Below, piece by piece: positions 13,105 through 25,305 of a stretch of 64,000 nt of DNA. The stretch is from Chiloscyllium plagiosum. Its lineage: Eukaryota. The stretch covers positions 23,183,686-23,247,685 of the forward strand of contig NC_057719.1 in the NCBI RefSeq assembly GCF_004010195.1, written 5' to 3'. How positions within the stretch are numbered: position 1 is the stretch's first letter; every line of letters starts with the position of its first letter. The notes beneath the pieces were generated by a model. That model had not been told where the DNA came from, searched no databases, and was given only the letters and a program-made list of their open reading frames with translations. The position numbers and the translations under genes are program-made.

Positions 13105-13126
13105 AGACAGGGGACGAAACGTCTGC
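13087..13126 (+). ncRNA. Variant minimal hammerhead (mirror copy at 10938-10977, -)
   Basis: gca CCGAGGA t gtc a cct agac agg g gac GAA ACGT C tgc; stem I gca/tgc; the core has C in place of U4. Confidence 0.65.
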
Positions 13127-14027
13127 AACACAAATTCCCAGCTCGGTGAACAGAACCACAACAACTTCACCATGGTAACAAGACATGAGCTGGAGCACCA
13201 TTATGAAAAGGAAAGTGAGTAGCATTGGTGGGAGCATGTATTGAGGGAAATCAAAATCTGGACTAGCATTTCAGGAAAAGCAGAACAGCGACTATCAGTA
13301 TTAACTGAAAAAATTTGCAGAATGGGCTGCAGTTGTGAATGTTATAGACACAATAAGTTCATACTAGGATGCAACTTTCAGCACTTATTTCCAATGGCAT
13401 TTCCACACAATAGTAAGTCTAAATACTAAAGATATTGAGGGTAAACGGTATTCTCATTGTCAGAGAGGAATCACTTCAAGACAATAATTGTATTTCATCA
13501 ATTGAAGGTCTGATCTACTTTTTTTTGTGGATCTTTCATGATTTCTGGTGATATTCCTTTGCTACTGCTGATCCAAAAAAATGCTCTAAATGTTACAATC
13601 GTTAACAAGAATGAGAATACTTTTATGATCAAGTTAGGAATTGGTACCTCTTCTATTTAAAGAGATAAACTTGAAATACCAATTGCTTAGTAAAAGAATA
13701 AAGCCACAAAATTCCACAATTTTAAATGAACAGATGAAATTTAACTATACAAGAAATAAAAAGCAGGGGTCATGATTTATCTGATGTTCTAACATCTAGA
13801 ATTAATAGGCAAAATATGTTAAACACATAACAGACTGCATATTAAATGGCAGACAGAACCAAGATAGGTCCCACAAATTTCTTAGCAACTCACGCAGACA
13901 TGAATGAAGACTTTAATTCACAATTTGTTTCCAGAACTTCCTTCCGAAGGACAAGAACAGTCAATCTCTTTTGAAGATAGCTCTGTTTCCTGCATCAGCA
14001 ACATCAACTTAGACAGATCCAACCACC

Positions 14028-14219
14028 TAGGAGAAAGTGAGGACTGCAGATGCTGGAGATCAGCGTCGAAGAGTGTGGTGTTGGAAAAGCACAGCAGGTC
14101 AGGCAGCATCCAAGGAGCAGGAGAGTCAACATCTTGAACAGCTTATGCTCGAAACGTCAATTCACCTGCTCCTCAGATGCTGCCTAACCAGCTGTACTTT
14201 TCTAGCACCACACTCTTCG
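14028..14219 (-). mobile_element. Hairpin mini-PLE (family A)
   Basis: Inverted arms with the tail on the left; TSD AGATCCAA(C/T)CACC at 14015-14027 and 14220-14232. Confidence 0.88.
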
Positions 14220-14482
14220 AGATCCAATCACCACTCATTTTTCAGTTGTTCAATCTCTTCACTCCCAAGACTGAGTGCCACTGGAGCGAGAAGGATGCAT
14301 TCTAGCCATTAACCCCAGCATAATGCAAGCTCGACAGCATAAAACCACTTTTCATGGGCATTGAGTTTGCTGACCTGCCAGCTTCACAGAACACACAGCT
14401 TGATTTCACTGAGAGGGAAACTGCTCCTGGTCTACTCTAAGCTCCAGTCCATGATTTGCGTGGAGCTATCAACAATTACTGG

Positions 14483-14558
14483 GCTTCTCTGCGGCCCAGT
14501 TCTCGTGGAGTTTCTCTGAGGCCCAGTTCTCATGGTACTGTTCTGAGGTCCAGCTGCA
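14483..14558. repeat. Imperfect ~27-bp tandem repeat (x3)
   Basis: ttctctgcggcccagttctcgtgg / ttctctgaggcccagttctcatgg / ttctgaggtccagctgc. Confidence 0.7.
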
Positions 14559-14842
14559 TAAAGCTCCTGACAGCACTTCAGTTGCACAGACCTAGTGACA
14601 TTCTCCTTCATCTGTTCTCTACCAATCATGTTGCATTGTTCCTTTCTGTGCTGCACACTCAGTCCCAATGATTGTGTTTTTTTGCCACAAACTAAGTCAC
14701 ATGTGAAAACCTTCTGCATCGTCCCAGGTCCCACAGTTGTGGTATCAGTAAAACAAACACTTTCAGCACTCTTTCACAAATGCTTGGCTTATCTTCCTTC
14801 CCCTTTCTGCACTTATGCTAGGGTTTCAAGCATAGTTTGAGA

Positions 14843-14967
14843 CAAAAAAAACTGCAGATGCTGGAATCCGAAAGTTCCAGGCAGGAGACTGGAAGAACAC
14901 AGCAAGCCAAGTAGCCTCAGGAGCTGGAGAAGTTGACATTTTGTTTGTAATCCTTCTTCAGGACTGA
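14843..14967 (-). mobile_element. PLE 3' end with a decayed hammerhead
   Basis: ctgcagatgctgga tail; the reverse complement reads gtcCTGAAGAagg... Confidence 0.65.
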
Positions 14968-16859
14968 GTTTCAAGCATGTCAGGAATTCCAGAGCTTGAT
15001 TATCTCCCCAGCCATCTTGCAAAGGTGCACTGTGACTACTCCCCTCTGCACCCCTTCCCATAGCATGATACAGACTGGCAAGCAGCATTACCAGATTCCC
15101 ACACAATCTACTCAGTAAGGAGCTAAACCAAGTGGACTGGGAAAATGAAGGATTTGATCGCAATGTGGCTTTAATCAGCCATTGACAGCCCAGAAAACTA
15201 TTAGAATGATGCAATTATTGGTTAACTTCAGATGCCTGGGGACAGGAAAATATCCATGAGATTATATTTAGCAGTTATATTTGATGAAGCTCAAAAGAGT
15301 TGGCCTGTTTCAATGCTGTAGCATTTTACATGGCATTAATGAAACCGACTCTAAAGTTGCTACATGGGGCTAAATAGGAGGAGGGAGGGTGGATGAAGGC
15401 ATGGCCCAGTTTGACCTGGAACCAGGAAACAAAGCTCAGATCACAGGAAGAAGGGAACGAAACATCATTTTGAATTAACTGGAGAGAAGAGTGTGCATGG
15501 AATGTTTCCCTTTCAAGAGGTGTGAATCCAGAACGGGAGAGAGCTTACTAAATTCAGCCTGTCCAAACGCCTGCCCGTTTCCGCTCCACAGTTACACCAG
15601 CGAAGGTTGGCACATCAGACAATTCGCCGACTGTAGTGAGTTAATTGATGTGCTTCGGGAGGTAATTAATTCCCAATTAAGGGCTTCATCCTGCCCTTTG
15701 GAGAGATACCTGCTAAGCACCAGTTCAAAAGGCTTTCCTGTGTCAGCTGATGACACAGTTGTAAGAAGGTCCCTCCTTAACAGACTTCCTGAGTCTATTG
15801 GAAACCGATCATCACCAAACGTGTAACTCCTCACCCTTCCCCTCACCCAGGTTCCCTTTTCCCTGGTCCTTCACTATAGTTTCTAGACTTTGATTGGTCA
15901 TCAGCTCAATGGGGCAGCACTTCTTGTCCCTAAAGGAAAGACATCCCACCTCCATTCTATGGGACAGCTCTTTTGCCCTGGGTTGGTTCATCCATAGCAC
16001 TTTAACCCCAGGCCAAGGTGCATTCCAGTGTGATGTGCAAATATTGGAGGAAACAGGAGTTTATCTGTAAACTTGGCAACAGAGTTGGAGGGGAAGCAAG
16101 TCTGTAAAGAGTAGAGTACCTTCTGAAATGAATAGAAAGTGATTTGTGGGAGGTGATGTTCTGGTTGATCTGCAGCTAAGCTTTATTTTATTATGATATA
16201 CAATATATTAGAGAAGTATATGAGTATTTCAGATTAACTAAAGGCATTGCATTGATATCCTCCTTACTTCATCTGCAAATGTGTCAGAAGTTGATATGAC
16301 CATGAGGAAAGTATCCTAGAAAATGAAATAGCCTGAAATAATCGGAAACGTGAGGAGCAAGGAAGACAAACACTGAAGATGAAGCATGCACGGTTCTAAA
16401 TTTGCTGCGACAGTTCTTGTTAAAAGAATCAATAAAATACACTTTGAATCGCCAATTTGCTACTTGGTCTTTTTTTATGAAAAGAACGTGAGTTACATGT
16501 TTTATTTCGAAAAATCAATTGTTTTCTGTTGCCAGGAGAAGGAAGTTATAAACTATAAAGAAAAATATTTTGTTCCAAAATAGAAAATTGAAAGTAGATT
16601 TCAATGAAATTCCATGGAATGTACAACAAGAAAGAGGCCATTGATCCAAGTTTCAACAAATGCAACTTCTAAAGATAAGCAAACCTGCTTTGCTCTCTTT
16701 CACAATATTTTATTGAGATCAATCTATAGTTGCAGTATCCCAACAGTTTTCCTGGCTGCCATTACTTAACTTGACCAAACTGGGATCAAAGTAGGGATTT
16801 TCACAAGTTTATTTGACTGACCTATTCACTGTTTAAATTTAAGAGTTGTGAGGGGAGTA

Positions 16860-17170
16860 GTAGGTGTTGTGATTGCAACCAGAGTAGCTGGCATGGTGAT
16901 TGCTGATGACCTGAACAAAAATGGAATGGAACTGTTTCCTTTTGATGGATCTTGCAGTGTTGTGAGATGGCTCTCTCAATATCAGTTGTGTGTAGTCTAT
17001 GGCACCCTGCACCTGGGAGGCCCAGTGAAGTCTCCAAATCCTCCAGCTCGGGCTGCAGCACTAACCTTCAGACAAAATGAACCTGGTGTGATCTTCCTTA
17101 GATGGCATGAGGCATTGTTCTAATGCATTTGTCAGGTCCCATGCATGTCACCTATCACTGCTTGGAAGGT
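16860..17170 (-). pseudogene. PIF/Harbinger (HARBI1-like) DDE transposase fossil
   Basis: Manual translation across stops and frameshifts: SFQAVIGD..., ARAGGF..., QVQGAIDYTQLILREP...IKRKQFHSIFVQVISNH, matching the Harbinger GAIDCTH / NRKGFHSINVQ motifs. Confidence 0.75.
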
Positions 17171-17194
17171 GTCAGTTGCATCGAAGTTCAAATA

Positions 17195-17315
17195 AAAGGT
17201 AAATACTGGAAATCTGAAATAAAAAGAGAAAGGGCTGGAGAAACTCAGCAGGTCTGACAGCATCCATGAAACAGAATTAATTTTTAAGTCTGTTATGACT
17301 CTTATTCAGAACTGT
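17195..17315 (-). mobile_element. Degraded PLE 3' end
   Basis: ctggaaatctgaaataaaaa...ctcagcaggtctgacagcatc...ttcagaact; similar remnants at ~5365-5435, 22800-22915 and 52695-52785. Confidence 0.6.
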
Positions 17316-17334
17316 GTTTTAAATGTTTTTAAGT

Positions 17335-18488
17335 AGCAAAATAGATGTGACACCTTACAAAATGTCCATATTACAGAGAAGGAAGTGCTGGATGTCTTGA
17401 AACACATAAAGATGGATAAATCCCCAGGACCTGATCAGGTGTACCCGAGAACTTTGTAGGAAGCTAGAGAAGTGATTGCTGGGCGTCTTGCTGAGATATT
17501 TGTATCATCAATAGTCACAGGTGAGGTGCCGGATGCGAGCATAAAAGATACAGTTAATAAGTTTGCAGATGACATCAAAATTGGAGGTGTAGTGGACAGC
17601 GAAGAAGGTTACCCTCAGATTATAACAGGATCTTGATCAGATGGGTCAATGGGCTGAGAAGTGTCAAATGGAGTTTAATTCAGATAAATGCAAGATACTG
17701 CATTTTGGGAAAGCAAATCTTAGCAGGACTTATATACTTAATGGTAAGGTCCTAGAAGGTGTTGCTGAACAAAGAGACCTTGGAGTGCAGGTTCATAGCT
17801 CCTTGAAAGTGGAGTTGCAGGTAGATAGGATAGTGAATAAGGCATTTGGTATGCTTTCCTTTGTTGGTCAGAGTATTGAGTACAGGAGTTAGGACGTCAT
17901 GTTGCAGCTGTACAGGACATTGGTTAGACCACTGTTGGAATATTGCTTGCAATTCTGGTCTCCTTCCTATCGGAAAGATGTTGTGAAACTTGAAAGAGTT
18001 CAGAAAAGACTTACAAGGATGTTGCCAGGGTTGGAGAATTTGAGCTATAGGGAGAGGCTGAACAGGCTGGGGGCTGTTATCCCTCTAGCGTCGGAGGCTG
18101 AGAGGTGACCTTATAGAGGTTTACAAAATGATGAGGAGCATGGATAGGATAAGTAGACAAAGTCTTTTTCCCTGGGGTCGGGGAGTCCAGAACTAGAGGG
18201 CGTAGGTTTGGGGTGAGAGGGGAAAGATATAAAAAGGACCTAAGGGGCAACTTTTTCATGCAGAGGGTGGTACAGGTATGGAATGAGCTGCCAGAGGAAG
18301 TAGTGGAGGCTGGTACAATTGCAACATTTAAAAGGCATTTGAATGGGTAGATGAATAGGAAGGGTTTGGAGGGATATGGGCCGGGTGCTGGCAGGTGGGA
18401 CTAGATTGGGTTGGGATATCTGGTTGGCATGGACGGGTCGGACTGAAGGGTCTGTTTCCATGCTGTACATCTCTATGATTCTACGACT
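17335..18488 (+). mobile_element. CR1 (HER1-like) LINE 3' part with an internal deletion
   Basis: DKSPGPDQVYPR, FADD.K and LYRTLVRPLLEYC; the RT core is deleted at ~17533 relative to the 28632-32470 copy. Confidence 0.95.
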
Positions 18489-18628
18489 CTGTTTAAAGTT
18501 CATAATTTCCCCAAATGGCAATTTACTGTTGCCAGTGAGAAACTCACCTCACTGCTCAGCAAAGTCATGAAAAAATGCAGAGAGTTGCTCCCAACTTTCT
18601 AATAGGCCCAACCAGACTTTTGCTGAAA

Positions 18629-18916
18629 TGATTAGATTCCCTACAGTGTGGAAACAGGCCCTTCAGCCCAACAAGTCCACACCGACCCTCCGAAGAGTAA
18701 CCGACCCAGACCCATTCCCCTACATTTACCCCTGTCTAATTCACTGTGGGCAATTTAGCATGACCAATTCACCTGACCTCCACATCTTTGGATTGTGCGA
18801 GGAAACCCACACAGACATGGGGAGAATGTGCAAACTCTACACAGACAGTCACCCGAGATGGGAATTGAATCTGGGTCCGTGAGGCAGCATTGCTAACCAC
18901 TGAGCCACCATGCCAC
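18629..18916 (-). mobile_element. HE1-like tRNA-derived V-SINE
   Basis: Reverse complement gtggcatggtggctcagtggttagc head, central domain, CR1-like tail. Confidence 0.92.
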
Positions 18917-20111
18917 ATAATCTGTTACAAATCTTGCCATAGTCAACACTGCTCTGGCCATAAGGTTCTGCTCAGTGGGACCGATCATGAATATCTATTT
19001 AATGTAGATTAGTTAATGTGTGGGAACTCAAGCAGATACAAATATTGAAAGCTGTATCCAAGTACATATCTTTTACCTAATGTGGATATTATTGGAATGC
19101 TGATAAACTTCAGGGGTAGAGACATGACAGTGCATCTGAAAATCTAATCCCCTATGGGTAGTGTTGTCATCAGAAAGAAAGCAATGTAAGCTGACTGTTG
19201 TAATTTCTTCTGCTTTCCATGTTTGTATGAGACTTGTAAAAGCTAACATAGTGAAAATAGATTCTAAGATAATGGTCTAGATTTTGAATTTGACAAGAAT
19301 GATATGGCTAACAGAATTCACCGCTATTACACGCTAATCCCGACAGCAATTTCCAGAATATTCACATGCACAGGAAATGTGAAAGTTACAGTCCAAGGTA
19401 ACTGGGTGGTCCAAAAGTTGTAATAAAATTCAACTCTTTCATCATGTGGCTTGGTGCCATGCTGAGTTTGGGATTTTTACAGACTGTTTGAGGTAAAGGC
19501 ACATTGTAGCACTGTCTTCAGGTTTAGGTTTCAAAGTACACTATTAAATTATACTTCCATATTAAATACTGCTGCATGCAGTAATCAGAAATATACCAGG
19601 TCCTGATTATAGTTACATCATTAAGTAAGGACCAATCTTGCTACTTTGTGTGCTCATGTCTATATACCTGTGCTCTCAGGACTCTAATTTACTTGCAGCA
19701 ATGTCCCTTTCCTTCAAGATGAAGGGCTGAATGATACTTTACCACAGGGGACTCTGAGCTGGAAGGAGTACATTTGGGAAAATTTGTAACTGCTTTTGAA
19801 GATGCACTTATTCGTGCTGCAACACCATTGGGATAATATCCTGCATATACTGTATACAGAGGGTAATGATAAGAGTTACAATGTTGCATCTACTGCATAA
19901 CCCACCCAAAAAAAGGCCTGAAATGTAAGACAAGAATTGCAAAAACATGACAGGGTAAGTGGAGAAAATGCCAATGAGAAAGTTGCAGTGATACCAATGA
20001 CTCTAAGTGGTTCCCAATTTGCTTATTCCAGATACATTCTAATGAAAATGTCAATTCTTCAGGGGGAGGCGATGACTTCATGGTCTTATCAGTGAACGAA
20101 CAGGCTAGTAG

Positions 20112-21316
20112 ACTGGATGAGATTGAGGTTCACAAGGAGGGAGGCATTAGTGATTCTGGAAAGTGTGAAAATAGATAAGACTCCTGGACTGGATGGGACT
20201 TATCCTAGGATTGTCTGGGAAGCCAGGGAGGAGATTGCCGAGCCTTTGGCTTTAATCTTTATGTCGTCATTGTCTACAGAAATAGCGTCAGAAAACTGGA
20301 GGATAGCAAATGTTGTCCCCTTGTTTACGAAGGGAAGCAGATACAACTCTGGTAATTATAGACCAGTCAGCCTTAATTCGATTGTGGGTAAAGTGTTGGA
20401 AAGAGATATGATATATAAACATTGAGAAAAAGATAACTTAATTAGGGATAGTCAACACAGTTTTGTGAAGGGTAGGTTGTGCCTCACAAACCTGATTGAG
20501 TTCTTTGAGATGGTGACCAAACAGGTGGGTGAGGGTAAAGCGGTTGATATGGTGTATATGAATTTCAGTAAGGTGTTTGATAAGGTTCCCCATGGTAGGC
20601 TATTGCACAAAATACAGAGGCATGTGATTTGGTAGTTTGGATCAGAAGAAGACAGAGGGTGGTGGTTGATGGGAAATATTCATCCTGGTATTCAGTTACT
20701 AGTGGTGCCCCACAAGGATCTGTTTTGGGTTCACTGCTGTTTGTCATTTTTATAAATGACCTAGGTAAGGGTGTAGAAGGATGTGTTAGTAAATTTGTGG
20801 ATGATACTAATGTCGGTGGAGTGAGGATATTGCAGAAGGATGTTGCAGGTTACAGGGGAGGGTTCAGAGGAAGTTTACTCGGATGTTGCCTGAGATGGAG
20901 GGAAGGTCTTATGAGGAAAAGGTGAGGGACCTGAGGCTGTTTTTGTTAGAGAGAAGAAGGTTGAGCGGTGACTTATTGAGACATATAAGATGATCAGAGA
21001 GTTAGATAGGATGGACAGTGAGACCCTTTTTCCTCGAATGTTGATGGCTAGCACAAGGGGACATTGCTATAAATTGAGGGGTGATAGATAGATGTCAGAG
21101 GTAGTTTCTTTACTCACAGAGTAGTAGGGACATAGACCACACTGCCTGCAACAGTAGTAGAATCGGCAAGTTTAAGGGCATTTAAATGGTCATTGGATAA
21201 ACATATGATGAAATGGAATAGTGGAGGTTCGATAAGCTTCAGATTGGTTCCACAGGTTGGCGCAGCATTGAGAGCTGAATGGCCCGTACTCGCTGTAATG
21301 TTCTATGTTCTATGTT
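20112..21316 (+). mobile_element. CR1 LINE RT fragment inserted in a SINE family 2 head
   Basis: WRIANVVPLF.KG, NYRPVSL and PQGSVLG; (TTCTATG)n tail; SINE head at 20066-20100 resumes at 21316. Confidence 0.93.
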
Positions 21317-21785
21317 AATCCAGAGACCCAGATAATGTTCAGGGGGCTCTGGGTTTGAATCCCACTACAGCAGATGGCGGAATTTGAACTTTTTTAAAAA
21401 ATCCAGAATTAAGAATTGAATAATGACCATGAATTTATTGTCGATTGTCGGAGAAACACATTTGGTCCACTAATGTCTCTTTAGGGAAGGGATTCTGCCA
21501 TTCTTATCTTGTCTGACCCACATGTGACTCCAGACCCACAGCAATGTGGTTAATGCTTAATTGCCCTCTGGTGTCGTGGCTACAGTCTGTGTGCTCCTGC
21601 TGATACTCTGTGTTTTGGAGGAGGAGAGTTTTCTTTTTCTTTCTCCGCCTGTTTCCAGAGGAGACATTTGTTCTTTTCTGTTTATCTTTATTGTTTTCTG
21701 TGTATATTTGTTTTTCCTTTAAAAAATAAATAAATAAATGCTGTCATGGCCAACTATGGCCTCATCCCGTGAATGTATAAAAACA
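21316..21785 (+). mobile_element. SINE family 2 body with an unrelated T-rich insert (21571-21735)
   Basis: taatccagagacccag...gggtttgaatccc...acatgtgactccagacccacagcaatgtgg. Confidence 0.8.
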
Positions 21786-22916
21786 AAGTAATTTGGAACA
21801 AACCAAATCTACCAAAGAACTGTGCCAAATCTATGTTGTCAATAAGTTTCTTTCTCAGCTAATTGAGTGAAATTTAGTAATTTTTTAATTCCAAATCTTA
21901 AATTTTTAAAATTGATCACACAGCTTGAAGCTTCAGCCAATGACACTGCGATTAAAAGTGCCATGATCCATCAACTGAGTAACCAAGTAGCACATGATTT
22001 GAATCAATTAAACCTTGTCAGCAAGGTGAATTGCAAACATCATTCCTTCATTGCAGAGCACATAATCCAGGACATGACAATTTCAAGTCATTGAAGAGTA
22101 GAGACCTGTCCTGTTTAAAATCATACTATTTTGAAATACATTTTAATTGTGCTGTCTGGGGAATTGCCTGTGAGAACAGTCAATTGGCAGGAAGCTCAAT
22201 CCAATTAGGGATCCTATTGAATTCTTCTCTTCTTTAATTGAAATGCAAGGATAAGTATGTTGCCTCTGGTGTTAGGGTGTGACCATATCTACTAGATTTT
22301 TCTTTGAGCAGCTGAATGCTCAGGTAAAAATAAAGGGAAATTCTAGCCAGCTTTATTTAATTTCAGACTGACTTAATTCCTGAAGTGAATTATCATTTTT
22401 AGTGACTAAAATTTAAATCATTGATGAGCAGCATGAAAGTTAGCACTGAAGAAATTAATTCTGTTTAAAATTTTAATAGTATTCAAATAATAGTACATGT
22501 GATATTGAAAAAAAATATTAAAATCATATTCCTTCATGCAGGCAACCATTTATATATTTAATACTTCTCAAGGTAGTATAATAATTTTGAAAGGAGTTTA
22601 CAAAGGAGGATGAAAGTGAAAAATAGATGATAGTCAACATAGCTTTTTGCATAATTTATTATTTAGCCAAAAAAAAGCAGGGACAATGATAACTTGATTA
22701 TTTAATATTTAGTAAACTAGTGGGATGAACATATCAAATGGGAACAGTGGGGAAGTGTACTGTTGTCTGCACAGACGTCTTGTCAAAAAAAAGCCTAACA
22801 CTGCAAATGCTAAAAATCTATAATAAAAACAGAAAGTTTCAGAAAAGGTCAGTGGGTCTGTCAATAATCAGTGGAGAGAGAAACAGAGTTTTGAGTTGAA
22901 TGTCACTCTTCTTTGA

Positions 22917-23256
22917 TTTGGAGATGCCGGTGTTGGACGGGGGTGTACCAAGTTAAAAATCAATACCAGGTTATAGTCCAACAGGTTTAATTGGAAGCAC
23001 ACTAACTTTCGGAGTGTCGTTCCTTCATCAGGTGATAGTGGAGGACACAATTGTAAGGCACAGAATGAAAGACTCACAGACAATCAAGGTATTTTTCAAT
23101 GTATAATTTCAGTTACATCACACTGTAAATTCTTGCTATAAATTCTGTGCCTTACAATTGTGTCCTCCACAATCACCTGATGAAGGAGTGGTGCTCCGAA
23201 AGCTAATGTGCTTCCAATTAAACCTGTTGGACTATAACCTGGTGTTGTGATTTTTA
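22917..23256 (-). mobile_element. Hairpin mini-PLE (family B) with two opposed hammerheads
   Basis: Arms ~22950-23066 and ~23143-23258; cac CTGATGA a ggagt ggt gctcc GAA AGCT A at 23174-23205; 12-bp TSD ACTCTTCTTTGA at 22905-22916 and 23257-23268. Confidence 0.9.
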
Positions 23257-23604
23257 ACTCTTCTTTGACTTGGTGAATGCTACATTGGACACATTACTGA
23301 AAACAACCAATGCTGGAGATCACAGCAAGTCAGACAGCATTCAGAAAGAGAGAGGAAGCTAACATTTCAAGTCTAGATGATGCTTCATCAGAGTTGAAGT
23401 GAAGTGTGGAGGGGATAGCATTTATGCTGCAGTTTGGAGGAAGTGGAGTAGTGGGTGAAGGGTACAGGTGGAGAAAAGGTATTGACAGTTCAGATTAAGT
23501 GAGAATGGTAGGACAATGGTGTGTCTCCTGCCACTTGAAAGGACAGACTGGGGTGGGGGAGGAGAGAGAGAGGAAATGATAACAAGCTAAAAGAAAGGAA
23601 AGGA

Positions 23605-24240
23605 ATGCGCCCCCCCTCCAACCGTAACAAGGACAGAACGCCCCTGGTGCTCACCTTCCACCCTACCAACCTTCACATAAACCAAATCATCCGCCGACAT
23701 TTCCGCCACCTCCAAACAGACCCACTACCAGGGGTATATTTCCCTCCCCACCCCTTTCTGCCTTCCGCAAAGACTGTTCCCTCCATAACTACTGGTCAGG
23801 TCCACGCCCCCCAACAACCCACCCTCCCCTGGCACTTTCCCCTGCCACCACAGGAATTGCAAAACCTGCGCCCAAACCTCCTCCCTCACCTTCATATAAG
23901 GCCCTAAAGGAGCCTTCCACATCCATCAAAGTTTTACCTGCACATCCACCAATATAATTTATTGTATCCATTGCTCCCGATGCGGTCTCCTCTACATTGT
24001 ATCCATTGCTCCCTCACCACCAGACGCGTGGAGGAAGAACGCCACATCTTCGGCCTTGGAACACTTCAACCCCATGGCATCAATGTGGACTTCAACACCC
24101 CCTCCTCTCACTTATCTCTCCACCCTTCAGGCTCTCTGCCTGTATTCCTGATGAAGGACCTTTGCCCGAAACGTCGATTTTATTGCTCCTTGGATGCTGC
24201 CTGAACTGCTGTGCTCTTCCAGCACCACTAATCCAGAATC
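23605..24240 (+). mobile_element. Neptune-type PLE fragment (family A), RT thumb/linker/GIY-YIG remnant + 3' end
   Basis: PLVLTFHPTNLHINQIIRRHFRHLQTDP, Cys linker, IIYCI.CSRCGLLYI and IFGLGTLQPHGINVDF; hammerhead core at 24148. Confidence 0.88.
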
Positions 24241-24387
24241 ATAATTTGAAGACGTTGAACTCAGTATTAAATCCAGACGGCTGTAACGATGAGCTGTCGT
24301 TCCTCCAGTTTGCGCTGTGATTCACTGGAACACTGTAGCATGCCGCAGACAGATCTGGGCATACGGGCAGAACACTGCGTTAATATG

Positions 24388-24577
24388 GAGAAAGTGAGGA
24401 CTACAGATGCTGGAGATCAAAGTTGAGAGTTAGTGCTGGAAAAGTACAGCAGGTCAGGTAGCATCCGCAGAGTAGGAGACTCGAGGTTTCGGGCATTCCT
24501 GATGAAGGCCTTATGGCCAAAATGTCGATTCTCCTGTTCCTCGGATGCTGCCTGACCTGCTGTGCATTTCCAGCACA
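24388..24577 (-). mobile_element. Hairpin mini-PLE (family A)
   Basis: Inverted arms; hammerhead remnant CTGATGAaggccttatggccaaaatgtc at 24499. Confidence 0.85.
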
Positions 24578-24854
24578 ACTGGAAGGTCGGGGTCATGCTT
24601 GTGCACAAACTGGAGCTATTCTGCAAAGTGGTCATAGAGTCTGCGTTTGGTTCTCCATTGTAGAGTAGAGGTGCAGTGAATACAATATACAGATTAGAGG
24701 AGCCAAAGATAAAATGCTGCTTCACCTGGAAAGACTGTTTAGGCCTTTAGATGGTGTGCAGGGATGAGGGGAAGGGGCAGATGTTGCATCTTCTATAGTT
24801 ACATGGGAAGATGTTGTGGATTCTGGTCTCAGTCTCTGGCTTGCTTCTTACAAT

Positions 24855-25305
24855 TAACATCACACAGCACCAGGCTATAGTGCAACAGGTTTATTTGGAA
24901 GTATTAGCTTTCAGAGTGCTGCTCCTTCGTCAGGTAACTAGTGGGGCAAGATCATAAGACACTGAATTTAGAGAAAAAGATCACAGTGTCATGCAATTAA
25001 AATGATATATATCATTTCTTACAGATAGATTATTAATCAAGCAATCAAATTAGTCCCGAAATTCCAAAAGCATTTGTCACCATTCTGAATTTTTCTCCAC
25101 AACATTTCCATATATGTCGTTTTGATTGTCTGATACTGTGATCATTTGCTATAAAATCTGTGTCTTATGAACCTGCCCCACTAACCACCTGATGAAGGAG
25201 CCACACTCTGAAAGCTAGTACTTCCAAATAAACCTGTAGGACTATAACCCGTGTTGTGTGATTTTTAACTTTGTCCACTCCAACCCAATACTGGCATCTT
25301 CACGT
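24855..25305 (+). mobile_element. Hairpin mini-PLE (family B)
   Basis: ~130-bp inverted arms; cac CTGATGA aggag..ctct GAAAGCTA at 25186-25217; tail on the right only. Confidence 0.85.

Larger units (their letters stand above)
10863..13163 (-). mobile_element. Penelope/Poseidon-type PLE, 5'-truncated, with an inverted terminal arm
   Basis: RT+GIY-YIG on the - strand; 12477-13165 is the reverse complement of 10899-11588; 13-bp TSD ACTTCACCATGGT at 10850-10862 and 13164-13176. Confidence 0.95.
23298..24820 (-). mobile_element. Neptune-type PLE 3' fragment (family D) split by two younger PLE insertions
   Basis: 3' end with CTGATGA..GAAA at 23360-23395; GIY-YIG C-terminus LQCSSESQRKLEER...LQPSGFNTEFN at 24245-24345; continues at 24578-24820. 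Confidence 0.75.
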
